Below, piece by piece: positions 27,601-42,514 of a stretch of 64,000 nt of DNA. The notes under the pieces were generated by a model. That model worked only from the letters and a program-made list of their open reading frames with translations, was not told the origin of the DNA and made no database searches. Made by a program: the position numbers and the translations under genes. Source of the stretch: Octopus vulgaris (taxonomy: Eukaryota); the NCBI GenBank assembly GCA_951406725.2, contig OX597836.1:22010001-22074000 (forward strand). The letters are read 5' to 3'. Numbering within the stretch: position 1 is the stretch's first letter; every line of letters begins with the position of its first letter.

Positions 27601-28193
27601 TGGTCTGAGGTATATAACCTATCTCCTGATGTATAAAAGCACTGCACAAGTAAAACAAATTCAATTTTGAGTTAGAGGGAGCACTTATAATATAAACCAT
27701 GATGTCACACACATAAACACCTACATATATAATATATTACTGTATATTACTTGTGCTGGTTTCAGTCAATCACCTGGTTATGCCCATACTGGGGCATATA
27801 TCTCAAAGTTCCAACACCACTACCACCACCACCACAACGTTTTTTTTTCTTTTTGCTTTGTTTTCCGGAGAATGCAGGAGTTTTGATGTGCAGATGAGCA
27901 CTAGAGAGAGACGCACAGACAGACACAAGACAGATGAGAGAAGAGAAGAGGAAGGGGAGTGAAGCAAAATAAAAATGAGCCTGAAACTCAGGGCAAGACA
28001 TGAGAGAGAGGGAGGTGGGGATGAGGAGAATAGGTGAGAGGAAAGAACAAAGGAAGAAGAGGAAGAAATAGGGAACATGAGTCCAGGGCAGTAGTTAGTG
28101 ATGATAGTTTTGGATGGAGATTTTATTTATATTTTTGTTTTACTTATTTATTTTTTTTTTTCCAGTTCTATTGATTAGGAGTCTAAAATTGTT

Positions 28194-28361
28194 CTATAAC
28201 TTGGAGCTTAAACTGCATGGTCGTCGAAATTCTTGGCCTCGCTCGTGGATCCATTTGTTCATTACCCATTTGTTACCCACCAAGACTGGGCAGGCGGCGT
28301 GTCGCGTATTGAAGATTCCTTCTCCACTCTTGTGCAAGTTGTACCAGAATGCGGCTGTGCC
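28194..28361 (-). CDS. P4HA: P4HA terminal coding exon (GTAAFWYNLHKSGEGIFNTRHAACPVLVGNKWVMNKWIHERGQEFRRPCSLSSKL*)
   Basis: ttcttgatag| acceptor. Distal Fe-binding His in TRHAACPV, 2-oxoglutarate-binding Lys in GNKW, and the QEFRRPC end motif. TAG at 28194-28196. Confidence 0.96.
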   Translation of the reverse strand, partial: GTAAFWYNLHKSGEGIFNTRHAACPVLVGNKWVMNKWIHERGQEFRRPCSLSSKL

Positions 28362-30831
28362 CTATCAAGAAATAATTATAAAGTAAATCTTGTGAATTTG
28401 AAATAATCTTCAAATTACTGAAAGTGGAATCAAAGAAATGCAAGAAAATGTTTCAAAGAAAAATTATATTAATAATGTATGAGGTACAAGAAAAGATAAA
28501 ACTTTCAGCTTTTCTATAAATGTGTGGCACGTAGCACCATCCGTTTGTGGCCGTTGCCAGCCTCGCCTGGCCCCCGTGCCGGTGGCACGTAAAAAGCACC
28601 ATCCGATCGTGGCCATTGCCAGCCTTGCCGGTGGCACGTAAAAAGCACCATCCGATCGTGGCCATTGCCAGCCTTGCCGGTGGCACGTAAAAAGCACCAT
28701 CCGTCCATGGCCGTTTGCCAGCTCCGTCTGGCACGTAAAAAGCACCCACTACACTCACGGAGTGGTTGGCGTTAGGAAGGGCATCCAGCCGTAGAAACAC
28801 TGCCAGATCAGACTGGGCCTGATGCAGCCTTCTGGCTTCACAGACCCCAGTTGAACCATCCAACCCATGCTAGCATGGAAAGCGGACTCTAAATGATGAT
28901 GATGATGATTAGAGACGTGTATTCTCTGTATAGAATACACTTCATAGTGCTCAAGAAATTTGAACTTGAACAGGTAGAGGAGTAAATGTATATAATGTAT
29001 ATATAGATACAGGCATGGCTGTGTTGTTAAAAGTTTGCTTCCTGACTCCATGGTTCAGGGTTCTGTTCCACTGCATAGCACCATGGGCAAGTGTTTTCTA
29101 CAACACCTTGAAACTGTCGAAGCTTTGTGAGTGGATTTGGTACACAGAAATTGAAAGGAGTCCATTGTGTGTGTGTATGTCATCAACCTTAATTAATGTC
29201 CATTTTCCATGCTGCATAGGTTTGATAGTTTCACAGAATCTAACAGGCCACAAGACTGCACTGTGCTCCAGAGTCAACTTTGGCCAGGTTTCTATGGCTG
29301 GATGCCCTCCAAGTGTATAATGTGTGTGCGTGTGTTTGTCTGTCTACACTCAAACAGATACACAGACACTTCTTGCTTGCTTGGGCTGTAAACCCTCAGC
29401 AGCATCATAGGCATATATACACATATACTATGAGTCTTCCATAGTAGCTTTCTCTCCATAACTTACAAAGCCTTTCTGGTTTGTTTATAAATATTACATG
29501 TAACATATGGTATAATTATAAACAGGAAAAATTTTAGCCATTTCTCCACAGACTGAAAAAAATGATGAACAACCTAAATCAATTTCCACATCACTCTGAC
29601 AGTCTCCAGAGAAACAAGCAGCCAAACTGTTTATATACTCAACAAACGCAGCAGTTACTCTATGAAGGAGTTCCTATTTTGTATACCGAAAGTGTTTAAC
29701 ACTCTATAAATTATAGTATTAGACAGTTTAAGTATATATTCATTAAATTTGGATGAAATTGATGGGTGAGCATTTGGCCCAATCAGATGCACAAGGAGCC
29801 ATGTTAGTGTTGATTTGTGAGTTTGATCCTGGCTGAGGTTAGCTCATCACTTTTTGGTCATTTGTTTGTATTTAAAAATTGTCGTGTCAAATTGGAGAAT
29901 ATATATATTATTATGATTTATTATTATACAGCTATATATATATATAGGGTGCGATGGGTAAATTATTGCCATTTTATATTTTCAATTTCACACATGTACA
30001 TTGTTTTTGATTTTGTCGAATACACAGTATAGTAGGGTCAGTTGGACACTGTCTGTGAGAAAAATAGCACCTTGGTGCAATTCCTTCTGCCAGAAACTTG
30101 GAAACGACATGCTGTACTATTTGGCATTCACACTGAAAGCTATAAAAAAACAAAAATTCGAAAATGTTTGGGTATCAATCTGAGTGAGGAGGCAAGTCGA
30201 TTATATTGACCCTCCAGTATTCAACTGATACTAGGGATGAAAGGCAAAGTCAACCTTGACAGAATTTGAACTCAGAATGTGCAGACAGGTGAAACAATGA
30301 AAGTAATAATAATCCTTTCTATTATAGGCAGAAAGACTGAAATTTGAGGAGAGGCGATTAGTCGATTGATTCACTGGTACTTAATTCAATTGACCCCGAA
30401 AGGATGAAAGGCGAAGTCAACCTCAGCAGGATTTGAACTCTGGGCATAGCGACAGGTGAAATACCGCTAAGCATTTCGTCCAGCATGCTAACAGTTCTTC
30501 CAACTTGTTGCTTTAACCCTTTCGTTACCAACCCAGCTCTGGCTCTGTAGAACAAATGTCTTGTTTTTATAAGTTTTGCATCAAAATATACCACCAAACC
30601 TTAGTTGCAATTTATATTCCTAATACTAGCTTAATGATAACTAAGTTATTTTACCAAATTCTTTGTTATATTTAAAATAATTGAAAGAAACACAGAGCAT
30701 CTCAAAATAAATACAGTAACGAAAGGGTTAATGATAGTAATAATAACAGTCATAATAGCAATAGCAATAAGAACAATAATGAATAACAACAACAATAATA
30801 ATGTTTATTTGAATGATAATATATTTCTTAC

Positions 30832-30900
30832 TTTTTTGGGAAATAACTTCAGTCCAATATAAGGGAAAACTGTTGCTCCACCGCTTGGAATATCAGACAT
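30832..30900 (-). CDS. P4HA: P4HA exon (MSDIPSGGATVFPYIGLKLFPKK)
   Basis: tttctacag| acceptor and |gtaaga donor, 69 nt, phase 0/0. MSDxxxGGATVFP motif. Confidence 0.95.
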
Positions 30901-32812
30901 CTGTAGAAACATATTGAATCGTTGAACAACTCACAAATATTGATTATTGATTATAGATTATGGGAAACAAATTTACAACTGAACAGTTTTAACAATAAGA
31001 ATTTCTAAACTTGGAACCTAGCCACAAATTTAGAGGAGGGGGTGGGTGTGGTCAGTTATATTGACCCCATTATGTAGCTGGTACTTTATTTTTCTGATCC
31101 CTCCCTTCACTTGGAAGGATGGAAGGCAGAGTCAACTTTGGCAGGATTTGAACTCAGAATGTAAAAGGATCTTCACTAAATACCACTAGGCATAGTTTAC
31201 CTGTTAAGGAGAGGAAAGATTATGAGGAAGGTTCTACGCAACTTGAAAGCTAGTGGAAAGCTAAGGTTACAGGTGGTAACCCACTACACACCTAGATCCT
31301 GCCAGGAATAAGACTGAACCTGAGTCAAATCAATAATAATACTTATTTTGGCACAAGGCCAGCAATGTTAGAGAAGAGGATAGCCATTTACATTGACCCC
31401 CAGTAACTGACTGGTACTTATGACAAGCAAAGTTGATCTCAGTCAAATGTCAGCTCGAAGCATAAAGAAGAAAATTCAGTAAGTATTTTGGTCCCAATAA
31501 GCTAATGATTTTGCCAGCTGCCACCTTGGGGTACATGATAACGATTCCTTCTAATTTGTGTATGGGACAAACACTTTTAGAGAGAGAGGGGCAAGTTGAT
31601 GACATTGATTCTGGTATTTGATCTTGATTGATACTTCATATCATTAACCCCCAAAGGATAAAAGGCAAAGCTGATCTCTATGGGATCTGAACTCAGACCT
31701 TAAAGAGCCAGAAGAAATACTGCACAACATTTTTTCTAATGTTCTAATCATTTTACCGGCTCTAATCATGCCTTCAAATTTAGGTACAAAACCAGTCATT
31801 TGGGGCAGATGGTGGTTAAAAGGTACTATCAGCTCTGGTACTTTATTTTATTGACCCTTAAGGGAAGAAAGACAAAGTTGGCCATGGCGGGATTCAAGCC
31901 AGAACTAACACAACAAGGCATTTTGCTAATGCATTACCAATTCTGCCAACCCACCGCCTTTGATACAACTAATACTACTACTACTACTACTACTAATAAT
32001 AATAATACAATCAATTCTTATTAACTACAAGCCTTATTACATTTTAATCTGTAAACAACATAATTATAATTTTATAGAACAATATTTTGTAACAATTCAC
32101 ACACACACACACACACATAAGTTCAGACACTATACACAAATGTTTAAGTTAGTGTATACAGCATTATTTAAACAGCAAAGAAAAAACAAAAAACAAAAAC
32201 AGTATAATTAAATATAATAATGTGGCGAGGCAAAAGATAACAACATTTCAATGATTAATATTATTCTAATAATTTAAGCACATATAAGAGACAACTCAAG
32301 ACATGTTAATAGCTATCTAACAGTGATGAGGTCTAACAAAACCAGAACATGACTGAAGTTATCTCCCTTACTTGGTACTAAATAATGATTAAAATACTAT
32401 TAATCAAGTCATCAAGTTAACGTTGTCTTTTATTTACCGCACATAATTATTTCTAAGTGATTTCTTTTCTTTTTTTTTTTTTAGTTGATGGTCTTTACAT
32501 TAAAATGTGTTAACACCAACTTAACTATTTGTGTATTTTAGCAGTTATTTCTTTCTTTTGCATGCAGATGGTGTGTATGAGCTATATGCCTCAGTGGGTT
32601 TTTTCTAATAATATATTTTTATAGCTTATTCAATGCACACACAGACATGCAGTCTGAGATATGCACACAAATGTTCATAAATTTTTTTTCTCATATTCAC
32701 AAGCACACTAAACACATACACACACTTCATAAACAAGAAGCATTAATATGCAATAAATAAATAAACAAATTGAAAATTAGATTGGCAATTACAAATTTCA
32801 ATACAAGTATTT

Positions 32813-32864
<52 letters not shown>

Positions 32865-34329
32865 TACACATATGTATACACATATATATATATATACACT
32901 AATATATATATATACATATACACACATATACATATAGATGTGTGTATATACATACACACATACATATATATATATGGTACATCTATATATATATATTATG
33001 TAAAATACATATATATATTATATAATACATGTATATATATATATATCATATAATACATATATATATATTATATACAATACATAAATATATATATATATGC
33101 ACACACACACACAAGCACATATACATATGAATTGCAGAAATTTAAAAACTTTTTAGGAGACAATTGTAATTAGCCTAGATTATTGTAATTTTAGTATTTC
33201 ATTTCTATACATATAAGTTGACCTGCCTGCTTCTCTTATTCCAGAATGAAGGAGACATCTGCAACAGCACTTTGAACACACCTTACTAAATGCTGCTAAT
33301 TACAGGTGTCTAGTTTGCACAACGCAGGTGTGATGTTTGGAATCTTTGCTATGCGATAAAGTTTTGTGTTAAATTGGGCAAAAACATTACACAAACTTAT
33401 GAACTGCCCCAGGTTGCTTATGAATTAACTTGTATGCTGGCACAAAAGGCTCAAGGATGGTAGAGAGAAGGTGAAAGATAAATGAGGTTGGGGAAGGAGA
33501 GAGCCTTTTGAATAGCAGAGCAGGTTGAGAAAATTTGCAATTTTCTGGATGAAGCTCTTTGTTTGTTTGTAAAGGCAATAAGCATACAATTTGGAGTTGG
33601 TGTAGCAATTTAACACAGAATTATTCATGAAGATATGAACTTGTAGGAGTGGCTGTGTGGTAAGTAGCTTGTTTACCAACCACATGGTTCTGAGTTCAGT
33701 CCCACTGCATGGCACCTTGGGCAAGTGTATTCTACTATAGCCTCAGGTTGACCAAAGCCTTCTGAGTGGATTTGGTAGACGGAAACTGAAAGAAGCCCGT
33801 CGTATATATGTGTGTATCATCATCATCATCATCATCGTTTAACGTCTGCTTTCCATGCTAGCATGTGTTGGACGATTTTGACTGAGGGCTGGCGAACCAG
33901 ATGGCTGCAACAGGCTCCAATCTTGATCTGGCAGAGTTTCTACAGCTGGATGCCTTTCATAACGCCAACTACTCCAAGAATGTTGTGGGTGCTTTTTACG
34001 TACCACCGGCCAAATTACAGCAACATTAGTCCCAAATCCGGACTGTATATATATATATATAAGTTTGTGTGTTTGTTTGTCCCCCCAATATCACTTGACA
34101 ACCGATGCTGGTGTGTTTACATCACCGTAACTTAGCAGTTCAGCAAAAGAGACCGATAGAATAAGTACTAAGCTTACAAAGAATAAGCCCTGGGGTCGAT
34201 TTGCTCGACTAAAGGTGGTGCTCCAGCATGGCCACAGTCAAATGACTGAAACAAGTAAAAGAATAAAAGAGTTGTGTAAAATTTGTGTGAAGTTTGTTCC
34301 AAAGGTGCTAAGAGATTAGCATCCTGAGA

Positions 34330-34632
34330 ACCAACTACTTGACAGAAATGGGGATATAGCCCAGACCTTGCTCCCAGTGACTTTTGGTTACTCTTCAAGC
34401 TGAAGAACTTCTGGGGTAGTTGTTTTGAAGATGAAGGAAGCTGTTCCAAGGGTCATGGACATGTTCACCTTGGAGGACTTCCATGAGGCCTTCACAAAAT
34501 GGCAAGAGAGCTACAACAAGGTTACTGAAGTCAGAGAAAACTACTTTGAGAGAGATTATGGTTTCATACTTGCCTAAAATTAATAAATGTCGCTCCTGAA
34601 AAAGTCTGAAAACTTCTGAAACCACCTTGTAC
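34330..34632 (+). mobile_element. Mariner transposase 3' remnant
   Basis: YSPDLAPSDFWL motif followed by a TIR-like end. Confidence 0.65.
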
Positions 34633-35692
34633 ACACACACACGTTTTCATACATTTTGATATGTATATATACATACTCACATATGTATGTGTGTTTAATC
34701 ATGCATATATCTATATGAGTAGACATTCATTTATATATATATATATGTATGTGTATCAATAGTATACATAAAATAACCAAGTATATAATCACACATACAA
34801 ATACACACATACCTAATACTTACATATATACACACATACTGTATGGTTGGTCGACCTTCAATGCTTGACGGCAAATACCTATTTGTTAGATTAAGTGAAT
34901 TACCTGTTCCTGAATAAATATGTATTCCACTGATACATGTAGTCATTCTCTGGCCAAATCAGCTTGCCACAGTGCATGTGACAAATTTGTACTTCGGATT
35001 ACTGGTGTAATTCATCCAGCAGGCTTCCATACAGTTTTCATTCACATAATGTCACTCACAAGGTATGCATCAACCTGAGTCTATAGAAAATAACATTTGC
35101 CCAATATGCCATGGCATGGGATTGAACCCATGCCCTCATTGTTGAAAAGTAAAACTCTTAACCACTGAGCCACATTGCCTCTATGCACACTGTATGTACC
35201 TCAATAAAATCTACACCAATTTCTTGTTGAACATTGTGAATCACAAGGAAGTCTCTATGAGGTGGTCACTCAATTTACTTGAAATAGCAACCAAGTTTTC
35301 TTTAAATTGCATCATACTGTCTTTAAAAAAGGAAGGAGACATTAAATGATGTTTAATTATATTTCTAGATAAGCACGCAGGTATGTGAGTATTTTTAAAA
35401 TACCTCACAGAATGATGACCATGGACTACTCCTTGGCAAGGCATATCACCCATTCAGCCACCCTGCCAGGGATATGGTGAAGCCATCGAACTGCAGCATG
35501 GCAGATTGTGAAGAGGTATTTAATTATTTTGAGAGCAAAAATATATAAATTCTTATATTAGGGTACATACAGTAGGTGTACACATATACAAACACAAATA
35601 TAAACAAAAACATGTATAGACATGCACATAAACACACACACACACAGCATTTAATTAAAACATTTAATTAGTAAATATTGCTACAAATGAAT

Positions 35693-35707
35693 TCCAACAG
35701 CTGAGAT
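35693..35707 (-). promoter_or_regulatory. Putative splicing docking site (pre-mRNA 5'-AUCUCAGCUGUUGGA-3') between exon C and the next constitutive exon
   Basis: Plus-strand tccaacagctgagat is the exact reverse complement of the element shared after exons A and B. Confidence 0.7.
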
Positions 35708-38102
35708 TTATATTAACAAACAACTCAGGATTATTGTAACTCATAATTAAAATCATAATTTAATTGGATCTTTAACTCACAATCAATTATAACTTATTAA
35801 ATTGTAGAATTTTTAAGGAGTGATTTTCTCTCATTAGGGACAAGAGCAAATACTTTAGTGAGGTTGATAAGACTTTTGCAGGGACTTCAACATTGGTGAG
35901 AGAGGAGGAAAAAGGGACAAAGTACAAGTCAACCAAGAAGGATTTATTTTCTTTTTTAATGACTTAGAAGAGGGAAAGAAGCATCCATGATCCTTTGTCA
36001 GAGTCTTTGAGATTATTGGGAGAAAAGGAGGTATCTGTGACCTCTGAGACTGATTAAAGAAAAACTAGCATTTGTGACCCGTTTGGAGAGAGGTTCTAAG
36101 ACTGCTGGGAAAAAAGGTGTCCAGAATTCTTTTGCAGGGACTGTATGACTGATGGTAAGAAGTGAGTAGGTTATCCATCCTTGGATCTGATACCTTACTG
36201 TGACTGTTCAGACCCCATTAAAGGCACTGAAAAAAGGGAGCTATATAGTGGAAAATAGGGTGTCATATTAAGTCTGTCACTCAAGAATGGGGACAATCCA
36301 GCTAATGGGATTTTACATCTACCAAATTTCACTTACAAGGCTTCAGTTGGCCCAGGACTATGGTAAAAGATTAATGATACTTGTCCAAGGTGCAACACAG
36401 TGGGACTGAACTCAAAACCAAGTAGTTATAAAGGGATTTAACCACAGGACATCATGGGTTTAAAACTATATAAAGTAATGATATTTAGATGTGGTGTTTG
36501 TACCCACCACTACTGACACATTATTAACCGTTGTTGTTTGGACACAGATTTAGCTGAAGGGTCGAGGAATTCGTTTCACAATCATAAGATTCCAGGTTTG
36601 ATCACAAGGAGTAGCAATGAGAATCATTTCACCATAAGTCCATAGACTGATCCAAGCCCTTGTAAGTGAAACTGGAAAGATAGAAATTGAACGGGAGCCC
36701 ATCGGATGGATTACTATACCTGTAATACAATGGGCTGGCCTTGTCACACCATGTGTCATATCTGAGGATTATACTAAGGGTATACAAATGTCTGTGGAAT
36801 ATTCAGCCACTTGCTCTATAATCCACTGAGGAAGCAGTTCCAGTGGAACTGGAAAAACTGAAACACTCATTGTTGAAAACAGAAATACTCGTTGTTGAAA
36901 ACAATTACAAATTTTTATTAATATTATTATTATTATTATTAATGTTAAAAGCTGTTATTATTGTTATTAACGTTCGCATCATGTTTTTTTTTTTGTTCAT
37001 GCTTCTTTTCCAAACTGAGCCCAAAGAGTGACCTCGTTTTTTGTGTACAAATTTGCCCTTGTAATATCCTTTTATCCACCACTCTTGTGGCAAAATAAAA
37101 TCCAAAAAAAAACATGCTGCTTTTGTAGTTTAGTCCTTAGAATTGATCATGCATATACCTTTAATTAAAAGTAGTCCAGCCATGACCATCCCGTCTTTTA
37201 TTTCAGACATTCTTCTATCTGGAACTACCATTATTCAGTGTGTCTTATTTTCTAAGACAGTACAATATGAATTGTAATTTAAAAGGGAAATTTAACTACT
37301 ATATCTAGCAGATTGAATTACAACATAGAGGTTCACTCATTAGCTTGAATACTTATGATTAATCAGAGGGTTTTGTGCTGAGTTAAGAGCCATCATTATT
37401 ATTAGTTTCTCCTTTGATGAGGCACAAAAGTGTAGTGAGTAGGTGGACTGGTTAAGAATATGTAATTCAAAACTACTCTAAAGTGTAGTGAGACGGAGCA
37501 GAACAAAGACAAGTGCACGAAGTTGTGATGTTTGTGTGTATCCTCAAGTGCATGACTAACAGGTAAAAGCTATGCAAAAAAGAATTTTAGCACATTTGGC
37601 TGTGGTCAACTTTACCAGTCGTCCTTTTGGGGGCAATAAAATAAGTACCAGGTAAGTACTGGGGGTGATCTGCAAGAAAATATAGGTCACCCTACCACCC
37701 CTGCCCAAATCTCATTTGAACCACATTGAATTAAAGCAGGACACAGTAAACAAATGTATCTATGATATACCAAAAGACATATTGGTCATGTCTGGAAGGC
37801 CTTTGATCATAATAGGTCTGTTTGATCAGAGCTATCCTGGTTCTGTTGGTGGAGATGGTGTAAAAGATGTGCTAAACAACAACCACCTCAACTATGGTTA
37901 AATAGTGTCAGAGTGAATGAATGGTCATGTAAAAACTGGATAGTTTACAGACCCTGGGTTCAAGCCCAGAGCAGGGTGTCTCCTAGGAAACCAAACTTGC
38001 TATTACAGATCATCCTTGTATTCAGCCAAAGGGTAGATTGAACTCAAAATGTAGAGGGACACAGTCAAATACCAAAAGATATTTTGTTTGCAGCTCTACA
38101 AT

Positions 38103-38800
38103 GGTATGGACGACTGCGCTGGTATGGTCATGTGGTGAGAATGGATGAGGATAGCTATGTGAAAAAGTGCCACACCCGAGCAGTTGAGGGAACCTGTGGA
38201 AGAGGTAGACCCAGGAAGACCTGGGATGAGGTGGTGAAGCACAACCTTTGAACATTAGGACTCACAGAGGCAATGACTAGTGACCGACACCTTTGAAAAT
38301 ATGCTGTGCTTGAGAAGACCCGGCAAGCCAAGTGAGACCATAACCCGTGACCTATGCCAGGGGTGTAACCAGCCCACTTATGTGTACCTTTTCCTTCTTT
38401 GGACACTAAACTCTGCTTGCAAAGACCTGTTGAGGCAAGTGAAATCGAAATTGAATACGATGACAGCACTGCATGACTGGCATCCACGCTAGTGGAGCGC
38501 TAAGAGCACCATCTGAGCATGATCATTGGCAGGGCCGCTGACTGACTTCCGTACCGGTGGCATGTAAAAAACACCATTCGAGCATGGCCGTTGCCAGTAC
38601 CGCTTGACTGGCCCTCGTACCGGTGGCACATAAAAGCACCCACTACACTCTTGGAGTGGTTGGCATTAGGAAGGGCATCCAGCTGTAGAAACTCCACCAG
38701 ATCAGACTGGAGCCTGGTGTAGCCATCTGCCTCGCCAGTCCTCAGTCAAATCGTCCAACCCATGCCAGCATGGAAAGCGGATGTTAAACGATGATGATGA
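38103..38800 (+). mobile_element. RTE-clade LINE 3' fragment ending in (GAT)n
   Basis: RLRWYGHVVRM...RGRPRKTW followed by the same 3' UTR. Related 3'-end copies at about 1445-1830, 10275-10520 (-), 28520-28910, 33817-34010 (-), 58305-58655 and 59190-59630. Confidence 0.82.
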
Positions 38801-39239
38801 TATATATATCTTGTTCATTATCATCATCATTCTTGTTTAACATCCATTTTTTCATGCTTGCATGGATCAGACAGAATTTGGAGAGGCACATTTTCTCTCA
38901 CCAACCCTCACCTGTGTATGTGTGCACATGTGTGTATATAAGTACTAACTAATCACCACCAATATTTTCACCATATTCCTTTATGGCTTCTCTTCTCCAT
39001 CCACAAAGAACCAACATGATGCTTGCTGTTTTCATACTTAAAGAGAAATATCAAGAACAGCACCATCGTCTGCTCTACACAATGTTTATTGACCACACAA
39101 AACTATTTGTCTTGATAAGTTTATTCCCCTGGTACAGACATAAGGGTATGTTTTCTGACTAGGGTGAGTGGACAGTAGTATTCTAATTCATAAAGTGTTA
39201 AACAAGGTTGTGTATCAGCAACTGTGCTATTTAACATGA

Positions 39240-40030
39240 TATTTTCAACCATACTGTTTTATATACTCCAAGACTTTTGCTATCATACTGATGGAACCAA
39301 AGTCAAGGAAGGTACTAAGGACAAGATTCTATTTATGCATGACTGAGCTCTTAATGCAAGTTGAGATGCAGCAAGCTGTGCAGGAGCAAGTTCACCTCTG
39401 CTGCAAAGACCTTTGGCCTTGCCATCAGCACAAAGAAAACTAAATTTATGTGCCAACGAATCCTTTGCAATGAGTAAATGACTGCAATCATGTTGAAGTT
39501 ATCAGATGCTAAAATCTTTATTTTAAATTTTTGGTAGCTAAAATCTTTATTTTAGTTATCAGATGCTATTGTCTAATGACAGGTTTGCATAACTTGGCAG
39601 TATTCTCTTTAAGAATTTTCAAAACCATCATCGCCTTTGGTAAGCTTTGCAAGAACATCAGAATGAAGTGGTATCAGCTTCTGAACCAAAGCGAAGATTT
39701 ACTCAACCATTAATCAATCAACTTAGCCATATCCCACTGAGATGGTGACTGTATATTGCAAACAAATAAAACCTCAACAGGTACTACCTGAACTGCTTGC
39801 ACAAAATGCTGCAGAGTTTTAGGAAGAACAAATCTCAGCCACTAAGATCTTCAACTATCATATGGTGTTACCCAGTCTTCGCACTCTCCCATACAGAGCT
39901 CAGCTGCAATGGTCTGGTCAAACGGTCAGAATGGGTGAGGAACAACTTCTGAAATGCCTTTTAGTTGATCAATTTTCGATGCAAATGGCACAAAGGTATT
40001 CTTAAGGCCTTCTTAAAAGATTTCAACATC
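39240..40030 (+). mobile_element. Highly degenerate RTE/BovB-like LINE reverse-transcriptase remnant
   Basis: FGLAISTKKTK, AFGKL and RAQLQWSGQTVRM-like segments, interrupted by stops. Confidence 0.55.
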
Positions 40031-40405
40031 ATGAGTCTGGGGTCATGGGAGAGAGAGGGAGGGAGTGCATTTCAACTTGGACCTTAGTCACCATTCAAAA
40101 TGGTCAATGACCCACACAAATATATGTGTAGCAAACACTCTCTCAAAAACACACACACATACCCAGTGACATATATAGACACACACACACACACACTCAC
40201 ACATGCCATCAACATACTAATCGCTAGTTATTAATTAATGAATGCAATGAAACAACTCACTAAATAAGGTTTACTCAGGGGCCTTCTTTAGGAATCTTAC
40301 AATCTAGGTTCCAGGGACTGTTTTTCTCCCCAGCCAAATTTGCATGCTCTCTCTCATTCACACTTAAGCAAATCAGCAATAAAATTTATTATTTTTTTTT
40401 GTGTG

Positions 40406-40452
<47 letters not shown>

Positions 40453-40488
40453 CCAAAAACAGTGTTTTAACAAACTTTGTAAACTTAC

Positions 40489-40554
40489 ATATATTAAAAA
40501 TGTTGCTATCCTGTTTCCAGTGCCAAGTCTCTTGAAGGCATTTTTTTCTTCTTT
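40489..40554 (-). CDS. P4HA: P4HA alternative exon C (KEEKNAFKRLGTGNRIATFLIY)
   Basis: ctttcatttataag| acceptor (AAG) and |gtaagt donor, 66 nt, phase 0/0. Closest of the three to the usual P4HA AFKxLGTGNRIAT consensus. Confidence 0.88.
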
Positions 40555-41080
40555 CTTATAAAATGAAAGATATATATCAAAGACAGATGAAAAATGTGGC
40601 ATTTTCTTCTTTTTTTTTTTTTTTTTTAAATATAATTTTTTTTTTATTATTCTGCTTTTTTTCTATTTTGCAATCGTTTTCTTCTATTTTTATGTTGCCA
40701 TTTTTTCTGGGTTTTTTTTTTTTTTTTGAAAGTTAGTGTGAAAAGATGTTACACGTGAAAAAAAAAAAAAATCAGAAATGCAAAAAAAAAAAGAAACACT
40801 TGATAAAAAAAAATTCTTTTTTAATTGCAAAAATTAATAATAATGATAATAATGGTTTCAAATTTTGGAACATGCCAGCAGTTTCCAAGAGAAGGGGATA
40901 GTCGCTAACATCGACTCCAGTATTTGACTGGTACTATATTTTATCAACCCTGAAAGGTTGAAAGGTAAAGTTTACCTCAGTGGAGTTTGAGCTGAGAATA
41001 CAAAAAGCCAGAAGAAATGCTGCTAAGCATTTTCTCCAACATGCTAACAATTCTGCCAGCTCACCATCTTAATCTTAATC

Positions 41081-41112
<32 letters not shown>

Positions 41113-42514
41113 CCTACTAAAGGCACAAGGCCTGAAATCTGGGTGAGTGGGGGTCAATCGATTACATCAACCCAGTATTCAACTGGTACTTATTTTATCG
41201 ATCCTGAAAGTGATGAAAGGCAAAGTTGACCTCAGAGGAATTTGAACTCAGAACATAAAAAAGATAGATGAAATGCCGCCAAGCATTTTACCCAGTATGC
41301 TAACGATTCTGCCAGCTTGCTGCCTTAAATAATAATAATAATAATAATAATGATAATTATTATTATTATTATTATTAAATATCAACCCCTACTCGCTTGC
41401 TCCATTTGTTTTGTTTTTCTTTCTGTGGTTTTTTTTTTTGAAATATTTTTAAAATCACAAAAGCATTGCATTGTAGTATTCCTAGATACACATACACACA
41501 CACACACACACAGCACATGGTAGAAATATTTACTTCCTCAAGTTTATATAAAAGAGGGGGAAAAAATTGATCCAAATGTTAAACCTGCTAGAAATAACAC
41601 CCAAACTTCCCTCAAGTCACATTCTTACTGCCTTTATATAATAGGGAAGGAGATATTTGATAATGCAATCCTAAATATTCTATAGCTGAAAAAAAAAAGA
41701 TAATTGATAGGGATGGTCACAAATGGAATGTCTGTCATCATTGGACTACTTGATTAGGGCTGACTTGGGGCTCTAAAGAATAACAAAGAGGTAAAAAAGT
41801 ATCCAACTAGGTGAAGAGGTAGCTATTCATTCAACTTACTATAGAAATGGTAAGACACATTACATAAAATAGTCTTAGATACATTATGTCTAACAAAAAA
41901 AAATTAAAATTCCACAGAGTAGAATGTCTTTGATCACAAGTCTGCTTGATCTTCATTAGGATGAACCTAGGGTTAAACAGCAACTCAGGAGGCTTTTAAG
42001 GTAACACTGCATTCCCTGATATTTAGATTCCATAATGTTTGTGAGTGTGTGTATGTGCATGTTTTACTATTCCCTTGTCATCAGTCACTGAAGTTGTTTA
42101 ATGTCTTTAGGAAAGGCATGAACACCACAAACTAGCATTTCTTTCATCTTTTAATAATGGTTTCTAATTTAGACACAAGGCCAGAAGTTTCAAGGGGAAG
42201 GGTGTTAGTCAATACCATTGACTCAACTCCCAGTACTTGACTTTATTTTATTGAACCATGAAATATTTGTCACATAATAATCATAATCAAAATTAAAATA
42301 TGCACTAATACAAACACAAACATCCTTGATATATGAGTGAAGTGATGCTCAGGTGAGCAGCAGATATCCTTATTGATCATTAAAGGAGTTGAAACGGGAG
42401 GCAAAGAGAGAAGGATATTTGAAGGGGAAAGAGGCAGAAAGGGTAGAGGGAGATATTCCACAAGAGATCCATTATAATAATATAAAGGTGGAGAGTACAT
42501 TGTAAAAATATCAT

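Noticed and set aside
39898-39912. gctcagctgcaatgg as a third selector downstream of exon C
   Set aside because: Only 8 contiguous bases match, and it lies within the RAQLQW coding remnant of a LINE.
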